The notes: generated by a model from the letters alone, not told the origin. DNA of 64,000 nt from Pyrinomonadaceae bacterium (GCA_041743485.1 JBGTMR010000184.1:4242-68241); one strand, 5' to 3'; numbered from the stretch's first letter, positions 19,149 to 28,119 are shown. Translations and numbers: made by a program.

Positions 19149-19220
19149 AAGTTTTTCTCCTCAATTATCCAGACTGATTTATTTACTCAAAGACACCAAA
19201 TTTTGCAGCAAGCAAAATCT

Positions 19221-20264
19221 CTATGCGTCAATTGAATCGCGCATTCCGCCATAGACGACATTACGGACGAACTCTTTGGCGAAAAAGCTGTTCGGAAAAA
19301 TCGGCTCAATCGCACTCACATCGTTCAGACGCTTCAAATGTTCGTCCGGCAAATTCAAATCCAAGCTCGCCAGATTGTCTTGCAGTTGGCTTAGTTTCCG
19401 CGAACCGATAATCGGAATCATAGGCTGGTCACGATAACGCAGCCACGCCAGCGCGACTTGCGAAGCCGACACGCCGAGTTCCTTCGCCACGCTCACGACT
19501 TCTTTCGCAATACGCTCGCTGCGGGTTTGATCCGCCATAAAGCCTTGCATCTCTGCGCTCGCGTAGCGTCCCTCTTTCGCCGCGTCGCTTCCTTTGTCGA
19601 GATATTTGCCCGACAAAGTTCCGCCCGCCAGCGGCGACCACGGCGTGACGGCTAAGCCTAAAGCCTTCGCCATCGGCAACAGTTCGTGTTCCGGCGTGCG
19701 CTCAATCAAGCTGTATTCGATTTGCAGACCAACGAACGGCGACCAGCCGCGCAAATCCGCCAGCATGTTCGCACGCGCGACCCACCACGCGGGCGCGTCG
19801 GAGATGCCGACGTACAAAACTTTCCCTTGCCTGACCAAATCATCAAACCCGCGCATCACTTCTTCAACGGGCGTGAGCGCGTCCCATGCGTGCATCCAAT
19901 ACAAATCAATGTAGTCGGTGTTGAGACGCTTCAAGCTCGCCTCGACCGACTGCATCATGGATTTGCGATGATTGCCGCCCGCATTCGCGTCGCCAGTGCC
20001 GGGCATCGCGTTCGTGTATTTCGTCGCCAGTACGATGCGCTCGCGGTTCTCCCGCGTAAATTCGCTAAGCAGTTTTTCGCTCGTGCCGTTGGTATAAATG
20101 TTCGCCGTGTCAATAAAATTCCCGCCCGCTTCCAAAAAAGCGTCGTAAATCGCACGGCTCTCGTCGCCGCTCGAGCCGAAGCCCCATTCTTCGCCGAAAG
20201 TCATCGTTCCCAGACAAAGCTCGGAAACGCGCAGTCCGCTGTTGCCCAAAAGTTTGTATCTCAT
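19221..20264 (-). CDS. aldo/keto reductase
   Basis: MRYKLLGNSGLRVSELCLGTMTFG...NFIDTANIY...DLYWMHAWD are AKR hallmarks. Confidence 0.9.
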   Translation of the reverse strand: MRYKLLGNSGLRVSELCLGTMTFGEEWGFGSSGDESRAIYDAFLEAGGNFIDTANIYTNGTSEKLLSEFTRENRERIVLATKYTNAMPGTGDANAGGNHRKSMMQSVEASLKRLNTDYIDLYWMHAWDALTPVEEVMRGFDDLVRQGKVLYVGISDAPAWWVARANMLADLRGWSPFVGLQIEYSLIERTPEHELLPMAKALGLAVTPWSPLAGGTLSGKYLDKGSDAAKEGRYASAEMQGFMADQTRSERIAKEVVSVAKELGVSASQVALAWLRYRDQPMIPIIGSRKLSQLQDNLASLDLNLPDEHLKRLNDVSAIEPIFPNSFFAKEFVRNVVYGGMRDSIDA

Positions 20265-20414
20265 CTTTGCTCCTTGTAAATTCGATAAGAACCGTTCTCA
20301 ATACCCTTAGTAATTTCGCTTTCAGATTTCGACCGCCAGCCGCCTTTTTCCAGCTCAAAGCTTTCCAATGAGATTGTTATTAGCGGTTTTCGATGAAAGT
20401 GAATTTGAAAATAA

Positions 20415-21161
20415 CTACCAAGGCAGTTCATCGCCAAGATGAATAAATTTGCCGGTATAGCCGTCAGAAGGAAGCGTCGCCAAATCAACCGAAGTTCTCG
20501 CGCCTTCTTCGACCGGAATGTCGCCGGATGAGTTCATATCTGTGACGACCGAACCCGGATGTGCCGCGTTGACTTTGATGTTTGTGTCTTTCAGTTCGTG
20601 GGCGAGGTGAACTGCGTAACCGTTGAGCGCGGTTTTCGAGATGTCGTAAGCCGGAAGTTTGAAATTGTAAATCGGCGAATTCGGATCGCTATGTAGATTT
20701 AGCGAACCCAACCCGCTTGATAAAAAGACGATTCTGCCAGCGTCCGATTTTTTTATTAATGGAACAAATTCCTGCGTGACGGCAATCGTGTTGAAAAAAT
20801 TCGTGTCGAAGGTTTTTCGGAAAACATCCGGCGTTGTTTTGCTTGCTTGGACATGCGCGCCGTTTTCGCTTTCGTCAATGAGAATACCGGCATTGTTAAT
20901 TAAAATATCGAGTTTGCCGTAGTTCGCTTCAACGTATGCTGCCGCCGAGGCGTGCGTATGCGCGTCGTCAACGTCGAGCAAAACGAATTCCGCGTCGAAG
21001 CCTTCAGCCTTCAATTTGGCTTCGGCTTCCCTGCCGTTTTCTGCGGTTCTCGCACCGACTAAAACCTTGATGCCCTGCTGTCCAAGTTGCCGCGCCGTTT
21101 CAAAACCGATGCCGCGATTGGCTCCGGTAATTAATGCAATTTTTTTATTTTGTTCGCTCAT
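20415..21161 (-). CDS. SDR-family oxidoreductase
   Basis: IALITGANRGIGFETARQL, NNAG and YDISK motifs. Paralog of 3433-4167. Confidence 0.9.
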   Translation of the reverse strand: MSEQNKKIALITGANRGIGFETARQLGQQGIKVLVGARTAENGREAEAKLKAEGFDAEFVLLDVDDAHTHASAAAYVEANYGKLDILINNAGILIDESENGAHVQASKTTPDVFRKTFDTNFFNTIAVTQEFVPLIKKSDAGRIVFLSSGLGSLNLHSDPNSPIYNFKLPAYDISKTALNGYAVHLAHELKDTNIKVNAAHPGSVVTDMNSSGDIPVEEGARTSVDLATLPSDGYTGKFIHLGDELPW

Positions 21162-21207
21162 TGTTTTTCCTCTTTTTATGTTTTATGTAAATTTATTGAT
21201 TTCTTTA

Positions 21208-22053
21208 TCAAGCGGTTGCGGCAACATCAAAATTTGCGTTGATCGCTCGCGTCCGCCAGATTGCAATCTCTTGTTTGACTTGTTCGAGCTTGGCTTCGAT
21301 TGCCTCAAACGCAAATAATCCTAACGGCAGGCGAAACGGCGGATTCTCCGATTCGACCGCTTCGACGATGATCTTCGCGGCTTTCGCCGGATCGCCCGCT
21401 ATGCTGTCAAATTCTCGCATCGTTTCGGGAAGCTGCGTGGTCGAAGGATACGCCTCCGGCAGCAGATTTTCGGCGATAACTCCGCGTTCGCCGAAGCCGG
21501 TGTGAAAAGGTCCCGGCTCGACAAGCGTCGTTTTGATTCCGTGCGTGGCGACTTCCGCCGCCAACGCTTCGGACACGCCTTCGAGCGCGAATTTCGTTGC
21601 CGAATAAATACCTAAGGACGGATACGCCGAGAAGCCGACCAGCGAACCGATATTGACGATATGACCGCTTTTTTGCTCGCGCAAAATCGGCAGAACTTCG
21701 CGCGTAACATTCAAAACGCCGAACACGTTCGTGTCGAACTGCTGCCTGATTTGCCCGTCGCTCGCTTCTTCAATCGCGCCGGCTAAAACGTAACCCGCAT
21801 TGTTGACAAGCACGTCAATGCGCCCGAATTCCCTGACGGCTTCCCGAACCGAATTTTTCGCGTCCTCCGTATTCGTCACGTCGAGTTTGATCGCCCGCGC
21901 CGTGTCGGGATATTTTTCAATCAAATCCCGCAAAACTTCCGGCTTCCGCGCCGTCGCCACCACGCGGTCGCCCTTCGCCAAAACTTCTTCCGCCAGAGCG
22001 CGTCCGAAACCGCTCGACGTTCCTGTGATAAACCAAACTTTTTTCTCGCTCAT
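21208..22053 (-). CDS. SDR-family oxidoreductase
   Basis: VWFITGTSSGFGRALA, NNAG and YSATK motifs. Start at ATG 22053 with a GGAG RBS. Confidence 0.9.
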   Translation of the reverse strand: MSEKKVWFITGTSSGFGRALAEEVLAKGDRVVATARKPEVLRDLIEKYPDTARAIKLDVTNTEDAKNSVREAVREFGRIDVLVNNAGYVLAGAIEEASDGQIRQQFDTNVFGVLNVTREVLPILREQKSGHIVNIGSLVGFSAYPSLGIYSATKFALEGVSEALAAEVATHGIKTTLVEPGPFHTGFGERGVIAENLLPEAYPSTTQLPETMREFDSIAGDPAKAAKIIVEAVESENPPFRLPLGLFAFEAIEAKLEQVKQEIAIWRTRAINANFDVAATA

Positions 22054-22127
22054 ATTTTCTCCTCTCACTTTCTACTTCGTATGTTTCCAAATTGTTACCA
22101 CAATAGTAACAATTACATCCAAAAAAA

Positions 22128-22547
22128 TTAGTTGCGTCTAATATCCGCGACCACTTCCGCCAGACTCGTTTCTCCTAAACTGCCCTCAAACGAATTCTGC
22201 GCTCTCGTTAAAACTTTATTCATTACCAATCCGATATTGCAGCTGACGCGGCAACTGCCCTGCACCGGATAATCGTGAATCGCAAAAGTCTGCGGCGCGT
22301 CAACTGCCTTGTAAATTTCGAGCAATGAAATGTCTTTCGGTTTTTTCGCCAGCAGACACGAGCCTGATTTTCCGGTCGTCGTGCTGACGAGACCCGCTTT
22401 GGACAACTTCGCCAGAATTCTTCTCACAAAACTCGGACTCGTATTAATACTCGCTGCCAGTTCGCCCGATGTCGCTTGTCGCCCGCCGCCGTAGCCGAGC
22501 GCAATCATCAAATGAACCGCGATTGAGAATTGCGTGCTAGTCGCCAT
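22128..22547 (-). CDS. Rrf2-family transcriptional regulator
   Basis: FSIAVHLMIALGY...SGELAASINTSPSFVRRILAKLSKAGLV is a wHTH of Rrf2 type. It heads the minus-strand SDR-SDR-AKR-NmrA block. Confidence 0.85.
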   Translation of the reverse strand: MATSTQFSIAVHLMIALGYGGGRQATSGELAASINTSPSFVRRILAKLSKAGLVSTTTGKSGSCLLAKKPKDISLLEIYKAVDAPQTFAIHDYPVQGSCRVSCNIGLVMNKVLTRAQNSFEGSLGETSLAEVVADIRRN

Positions 22548-22579
22548 AACAGTTACTGTATTAGATACAGTTCGGATTG

Positions 22580-22924
22580 TCAAAGGGAGTTTTTAGAATT
22601 GTGATAAAAGAACCTCTCAGCACAGCCCTCCGGCAGACGAACGTCGTTGTTGCAGAGTACGAGCAGTTGCCCGGTCGCCAATCTCATCCCGGCGTTATTC
22701 GCCGCCGCGATGCATGTGTTCTGGTGCGACTCGAAAAGCATTACGTCCGGCTGGTTTCTCAACCATCTGACAGTCGCGGCGTCGCTTGGGTTATCAACGA
22801 CGATAATCTCTTGCAGCACATAAGCGTTCAGCCGCGCGCTTTCGAGCCATCGTTCTGTCCGCTCAAGTCCATTATGATTGAGAGCGATAAGACTAATTAC
22901 CGGATTCTGCTTCATTTGCATCAC
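22580..22924 (-). pseudogene. N-terminal fragment of a family-2 glycosyltransferase gene
   Basis: VISLIALNHNGLERTERWLES...EIIVVDNPSDAAT...AAANNAGMRLATG is a GT2 N-terminal pattern. Only about 110 codons remain, where about 300 are expected. Confidence 0.6.
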
Positions 22925-24017
22925 CGCTGACAGTGGCTGCTTTTCTCTTCATATCATTGCCCTTCAGTCCGGCAGAGTCGCCTGTGCTGTTTAGCCGTGC
23001 TGTGATCTGCCCACTGTGCTTGTCGCGTTTGACGGCGATGCGTTGCACATACACGCGGGTCGTCGCGGCGTTACGATGTCTGAGCGCGTCCTGCGTATCC
23101 GTAATCGAGCCGGTCTCCTCGGCGACGATGCGCGCATAGCTATGACGAGTCTGGTGAAGATGAACGTGCCCGACGCCCGCGTCACGAGCATACCGCTTCA
23201 GGTTCTTGACGAAGGCGTGCGATGTGAGCGGTGCTCCCGGAACTCCCGCACGGTCGTGGCGCGTCCACAGCGGAGCATCGGTCTTGAGCACGCTCATCCG
23301 GTGACAGGACGCAAGGTAATCTGTGATCGCTTCTCTCAAGATCGGATCGCGCACTTCCCTGCCGACGTAATCACCGCCTTTCACCTTTCCCGTTAGCGTC
23401 AGGAAGTCATAATCCATCTTGATGTTTCTGCCGCGCAAAGATATGACCTCTTGGCGGCGCATCCCCGTCACAAGGTAAAAGAGCAGCAAGGCGTAGTCAC
23501 GCTTTCCCACGACATCACCCGTTGCTGCCTTCGCTCGCACGACCTCAACAATGGTCTGGAGTTCCTCGTCTGTCCACCCCTTAACGCTCTCCGTTTGGTA
23601 AGCCTTCGGTGCTTTCGGCAGGGCGAGTCTAGCCGGATTGCTCGCAATGATCTCTCGGAGGGCGGGTTCGCGCATCGCCCACTGAAAGAACGACGAGAGG
23701 AAGCAGACGCGCGAGTAGATCGTCGAGGGGCTGAGTTCCTGCTTTTCCAGTTCCTTGCGCCACTCTTGAACATGCGACGGCTTCACCTCAGCCGGATGCT
23801 TGCCCGTGAAGTGGAAGAATGCTTCGACCACCCTCTGCTTATACCGCAGCAACTGTTCACGCTGTTCTGTAGAAGCGGCGGTAACAGCGTCAGACCAGAG
23901 CCGCAACGAGTTACGGAGCGCCGCTTGATATTCTCCGGCAGCAGGTACGAGGGCAGTTTGGGTGACTTCCGACTTCATTTTTCCATTAGGGTTGTATTGC
24001 GGCAACCGTTTCCCCAA
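22893..24017 (-). CDS. tyrosine-type site-specific recombinase/integrase
   Basis: C-terminal catalytic pattern ...HLHQTRHSYARIV...LRHRNAATTRVYV (HxxR ... Y). N-terminal SAM-like core-binding region. Confidence 0.9.
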   Translation of the reverse strand: MGKRLPQYNPNGKMKSEVTQTALVPAAGEYQAALRNSLRLWSDAVTAASTEQREQLLRYKQRVVEAFFHFTGKHPAEVKPSHVQEWRKELEKQELSPSTIYSRVCFLSSFFQWAMREPALREIIASNPARLALPKAPKAYQTESVKGWTDEELQTIVEVVRAKAATGDVVGKRDYALLLFYLVTGMRRQEVISLRGRNIKMDYDFLTLTGKVKGGDYVGREVRDPILREAITDYLASCHRMSVLKTDAPLWTRHDRAGVPGAPLTSHAFVKNLKRYARDAGVGHVHLHQTRHSYARIVAEETGSITDTQDALRHRNAATTRVYVQRIAVKRDKHSGQITARLNSTGDSAGLKGNDMKRKAATVSGDANEAESGN

Positions 24018-24020
24018 TTG

Positions 24021-25196
24021 TCATCCAGTAGTCTGCTCATCTTGGGTCTCCTTCTCGAACAAATCTACATACCTCTGATAAACGAACCGCCGATTTCGCC
24101 GGTAGCCCGTCATCTCGGTGAGCACTCCGATTTCGACCAATCGTGCGACAAGGTTATTGGCAGTCGCGTACCTGACATCGAGCGCTGTCGCCAAAAGCTG
24201 CGGTGTCGTGATCGGCTGGACGAACAGGTGATCGAGCGAGCGCAACAGATTGCCGCTCGCCTTCCCTTCACCGATCAGGCGCGCACGATCTTCTTCACGC
24301 AAAGTGAGGATCCGCCGCGTTGTGTTCGTTGACTCGTCGGCGGACGAGCGGACGCCCTCCAAGAAGAACCTGACCCATGCTTCCCATTCTCCCTTCTCGC
24401 GCACCGTTTGCAGCCGATCGTAATACTCGGTCTGGTTTCTCTTCAGATAGAGGCTGAGGTAGAGCAGCGGGCGCGCCAGCACGCCGCGCTCATAAAGGAG
24501 CAGTGTGATGAGGAGCCGCCCGACCCTCCCGTTGCCATCGAGGAACGGATGGATCGTCTCGAACTGCGCGTGTGCGAGAGCCGCCGTGATCAAGACCGGC
24601 TCTGACCTCTCGTGCAAGAAACTTTCCCACTCGCCGAGAACCCTCGCCAACTGGTGTGGGGGCGGTGGAACGAAGCGCGCCGTGCGGAGCGTGCAGCCTC
24701 GTGGTCCGATCCAGTTCTGCGAGCGGCGGAACTCGCCCGGCGCGCTCTCTTCGCCGCGCACGCCCCGCATCAACTCGCCGTGTATCTCTCGAATCAGCCG
24801 CAGGCTCAGCGGCAGGTCGGCAAGCCGCCGCAGTCCGTAGTTCATCGCCCGCACGTAATTGACTACTTCGGCAACATCAAGCGGTCGCTCTGTTTCGCCT
24901 CCGTCGCCGCCCGCCTCGAACTGAAGAACGTCGGTCAGGGACGCCTGCGTGCCCTCAATCTGAGAGCTTAAGACCGCCTCGCGTCGGACGTACATTGCCA
25001 CGAAGAGGTCGGCATTCGGAAGCATCATCGTCGCACCATCGAGGCGACCCAAGGCAAGGTCTGCCGCAGAGAGCAAACGTGTCAGAGCGGCGTCTGTTTC
25101 GAGAGGCGGACGCGGCGGCAGTGGCTCCGGTATAAAAGCCGCGTAATCCGCCGTTTGGCGAACGTAGTGACCGGCGCGATGCGGGTTCATAGTCAT
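24021..25196 (-). CDS. Fic-family protein (AMPylation-type) with N-terminal auto-inhibitory motif
   Basis: HPFLDGNGRVGRLL matches HxFx(D/E)GNGRxxR. SSQIEG fits (S/T)xxxE(G/N). C-terminal wHTH-like tail. The stop is 3 nt before the integrase start. Confidence 0.9.
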   Translation of the reverse strand: MTMNPHRAGHYVRQTADYAAFIPEPLPPRPPLETDAALTRLLSAADLALGRLDGATMMLPNADLFVAMYVRREAVLSSQIEGTQASLTDVLQFEAGGDGGETERPLDVAEVVNYVRAMNYGLRRLADLPLSLRLIREIHGELMRGVRGEESAPGEFRRSQNWIGPRGCTLRTARFVPPPPHQLARVLGEWESFLHERSEPVLITAALAHAQFETIHPFLDGNGRVGRLLITLLLYERGVLARPLLYLSLYLKRNQTEYYDRLQTVREKGEWEAWVRFFLEGVRSSADESTNTTRRILTLREEDRARLIGEGKASGNLLRSLDHLFVQPITTPQLLATALDVRYATANNLVARLVEIGVLTEMTGYRRNRRFVYQRYVDLFEKETQDEQTTG

Positions 25197-25386
25197 CGAT
25201 GATTTAATAAAAGCGTCTTGTTAGATGTTATATTAAACTAATGAGCCAGATAATTGAATATGGAACTCAAGAAAATTAGCTCTCTTAGGTTACATAAATC
25301 GCATCTTTGTGTGACCTGCTGTGAGAATACGAGATTTTATATTGATACTATGTGTACTAACCGATTTGTGTATGTTGCTTATGCTG

Positions 25387-25596
25387 TTAATTGCGATGCC
25401 TTGTCGCCAGCACATTATTGACTACATTCCGCATTTCGTTGCTGTCCGATGTCAAATATATTAATCCGTGTTCGTCCAGTTGCTCAAAAACTCGCTTCGA
25501 CTCCACCTCTCTAAATCTGATGATGTAAATTGAACATTCATAATGCGCGTTCTCGCTTATGCATTCGAGTTCGGGCAACAAATTGAGAGATTGCAA
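25387..25596 (-). CDS. hypothetical small protein
   Basis: 69-aa ORF in an AT-rich segment. No motif recognised. Confidence 0.3.
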   Translation of the reverse strand: MQSLNLLPELECISENAHYECSIYIIRFREVESKRVFEQLDEHGLIYLTSDSNEMRNVVNNVLATRHRN

Positions 25597-25957
25597 CCTT
25601 AACTCAACTATATTGAAAGTCGGTTCACTTGATCAGCGCACCTTATGATTTTGTTTTGTAAGTTGATCCTAAAGGTGGAAGTCCCATACCACCAGAACGG
25701 GACTACTACCGGAGAGGGGGTAGCGTGGGGGTAGTCCTAGACCAGTACCATACTGGCTTTAATTTATGATTTTATTGCGTTTATGCCCTTTTATACTTCT
25801 GCGTTGAACTATATTCTTAAAGTATTGCAACAAAACCCTTGACAGTGTTGGAGTTGTACGAATAACCTATGACCGTTTACTTACGGTAGTTGTGTCTGCG
25901 ATTTCCTTATCGCCCTTAATACAATGTGGCTTTCGATGTACTCATTTATGATTTACC

Positions 25958-26809
25958 GTGATGCGTATGACTAGAAGAATTCAAGTTCAGAATTTCAAGG
26001 GGGGCGTGGGCAAAACGACAACGGCGTTGCATCTAGCGCATGGGTTGAGTTTGCGTGGCAAGCGCGTCCTGCTCATAGACCTCGATCATCAAGCTAATGC
26101 GACGAAAGGACTGGGAATCGTCGTTAAGGACGGACAGCCCGTTTTCTACCACCTGATGGTCAAAGACATGTCGTACAAAGAAGTGGTCATAGAAGCTCGT
26201 CCCAATCTGTTCGTCATTCCTTCAAATGAATTAACGGCACTAGCGGAAAGTCACATCGCGGCTGAGATGGGGAGGGAAATGTATCTCTTCAACAAACTTG
26301 GCGATGTGACTGAGTTCGATTATATGGTTGTTGATTGTGCGCCAGCCTTGAGCGTCCTCCACAACAATGCCCTTTTGTTTTCTGAGGAGATGATAATCCC
26401 GGTTAGCATGGAACGATGGGCGGTCGATGGCGGGCTGGACATCCTAAAGTCAGCGGATCGAATGGGTCGGGTTTATCGGCGTCAACCAGTTATCTGCGGT
26501 GTGTTGCCGTGGAAGGTTGACTTGCGGACGAACATGACTCACACGGTCGTCCAAATTCTTGGACAGGCATACGGTTCACGCCTTCTGCCGCAGATCAGAA
26601 GCGACGAAAAGTTCAAAGCGGCGGCGGCAGAAGGAAAGACGATATTCGAGTTCGACGCCCGCAGCAAAGGAGCGCAAGACTACGGACTCGTGACTGACGC
26701 GGTTTTGGCTCAAGAGGTAGATAACCAGAAGGCTCGCAGAACAGAAAATGGTTCATCGGAAAAGGAAGCAGAGCATGGGATCGCAGAAAGAATCTTCGCG
26801 TCCGCGTAA
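25958..26809 (+). CDS. parA: ParA/Soj-family partition ATPase
   Basis: The deviant Walker A KGGVGKTT is followed by LIDLDHQAN. Possible starts are GTG 25958, ATG 25961 and ATG 25967. Confidence 0.9.
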   Translation: MMRMTRRIQVQNFKGGVGKTTTALHLAHGLSLRGKRVLLIDLDHQANATKGLGIVVKDGQPVFYHLMVKDMSYKEVVIEARPNLFVIPSNELTALAESHIAAEMGREMYLFNKLGDVTEFDYMVVDCAPALSVLHNNALLFSEEMIIPVSMERWAVDGGLDILKSADRMGRVYRRQPVICGVLPWKVDLRTNMTHTVVQILGQAYGSRLLPQIRSDEKFKAAAAEGKTIFEFDARSKGAQDYGLVTDAVLAQEVDNQKARRTENGSSEKEAEHGIAERIFASA

Positions 26810-27584
26810 ATCCGCCGGATTACCCTCGTGGGCGCAGGAAAGCGTCAGTTCTACAGAGCAACTGATGTCAACATTTTACTCCACTCAGGAACCGTTATCG
26901 TCCTCCGGGAATAAATCAGAAAAGGTTATTCCGGGCGAGGGCGCGCTCATCCCCGAACCGAAGCTGCAAGAGCCGACAGGTTTGCGCGAGATGAGTTCCG
27001 CGCCGATAAGAATCGCCTTAGCTGAAGACCAATCGGAAGAGAATGTGAGCGGCGGTGTATTGCCTCAGTCGCCACTCGCAGTTGATATTAACGAAGCGCG
27101 ATTTGACCTCAGAGCCGCAAGTTTGGGGGCTGGGGTAGAAGGGGTCTCCGAGCGCACAGACAAGGCTCCGCGCACACGCTCAACCGCACTGCGGAGAAAA
27201 CCTAATTCCACATCGTCGGGACAGGGATGGAGCAATGCAGTGATTATCCCCGGCTCTTACGATTCGGCTTTAGTTGAGCTACTTCCGGGAAAGAGTTCAG
27301 CCCTGTACAAGGAATTCTATATGCGAACACACGGCGCGAACCCCGTGGTTGGCGAAGTCCGCGCAACAAAACAGATTCTTTCTTCTTGGTCGGGCATAGC
27401 CAATCGGAATACGTTGATTAAACACATCCAGCACTTGATCGCTGTACGCTTGCTTAATCGTGTTATGGCGGCAGGTGATACAGAGGGTCCGCTCTACACC
27501 GTCCGTCGTCTCGAAGATGTGGGCATCAACAAAGATGTGGCTGGCGCGTTTTACGCGCAAGTATCTGAGAAGGCAAAAGCGTAG
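26775..27584 (+). CDS. ParA-associated protein, disordered N-half plus winged-helix-like C-terminus (candidate centromere-binding adaptor)
   Basis: Overlaps the parA 3' end (ATG 26775 follows AGGAAG; an alternative ATG is at 26748). S/P/E-rich N-half. The C-terminus reads ...LVELLPGKSSALYKEFYMRTHG...NRNTLIKHIQHLIAVRLLNRV. I recognised no ParB/Srx box. Confidence 0.6.
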   Translation: MGSQKESSRPRKSAGLPSWAQESVSSTEQLMSTFYSTQEPLSSSGNKSEKVIPGEGALIPEPKLQEPTGLREMSSAPIRIALAEDQSEENVSGGVLPQSPLAVDINEARFDLRAASLGAGVEGVSERTDKAPRTRSTALRRKPNSTSSGQGWSNAVIIPGSYDSALVELLPGKSSALYKEFYMRTHGANPVVGEVRATKQILSSWSGIANRNTLIKHIQHLIAVRLLNRVMAAGDTEGPLYTVRRLEDVGINKDVAGAFYAQVSEKAKA

Positions 27585-27660
27585 GTCGCGTCAGCCAGAG
27601 TTAATTGTAAAAACTCGAACTCTTTTTAGACGCATTTCAGTGTCACACACAAATCTTCGG

Positions 27661-28024
27661 TGGTGCTGATGATACGAGTGACCGCCAAGTCCAAGTAGCT
27701 GAGTGGTGCTAATGATACAAAGCGAGAATTGGTCAGGAACTCTGGGTGGTGCTAATCATACGAGGAGCGGTGGTGCTGATGATACGAGAATGGATATAAA
27801 CTCTTAAAAATCAATCTTTTACGGATGCGAAGAGAAACTTTGAGGCTGGCAAACCGGGGATTGCAAGCATAGATGGTGCTGATGATACGAATGTAGTGGT
27901 GCTAAGGATACGCATCGCTGGTGCTAATGATACGAGATGGGTGGTGCTAAGGATACGAATCGCTGGTGCTAATGATACGAATCGCTGGTGCTAAGGATAC
28001 GAGACTTTGGTGCTAATGATACGA
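27661..28024 (+). repeat. iteron array: 11 copies of the 17-nt TGGTGCT(A/G)A(T/G)(G/C)ATAC(G/A)(A/C)
   Basis: Copies start at 27661, 27704, 27747, 27771, 27874, 27897, 27919, 27942, 27964, 27986 and 28008. The last six are tandem at a 22-23-bp period and alternate the AATGA and AAGGA variants. An AT-rich stretch (about 27788-27830) lies between copies 4 and 5. The array sits between the par genes and rep. Confidence 0.9.
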
Positions 28025-28087
28025 GAGACGACTCCGTAAATGCAGTAAGTAAAGGCTTTACAGCCACAAAAAGCACCTGAATACTTC

Positions 28088-28119
28088 TTAGATACTGTAT
28101 TTAGATACTCTTTAGATAC
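28088..28119 (+). repeat. three TTAGATAC direct repeats upstream of rep
   Basis: TTAGATAC occurs at 28088, 28101 and 28112, about 150 nt upstream of the likely rep start. Confidence 0.8.

Noticed and set aside
22400-25400. tRNA gene or att direct repeat next to the integrase
   Set aside because: I scanned by eye for tRNA T-arm signatures (GGTTCGAATCC-like) and for repeats shared with other junctions, and found none. This is a visual negative only.
27661-28024. Repeat array considered as a CRISPR array
   Set aside because: The repeats are only 17 nt, with 5-6 nt between the tandem copies (22-23 bp period). There are no unique spacers of about 30 nt, no cas genes and no leader. The position between the par and rep genes fits iterons.
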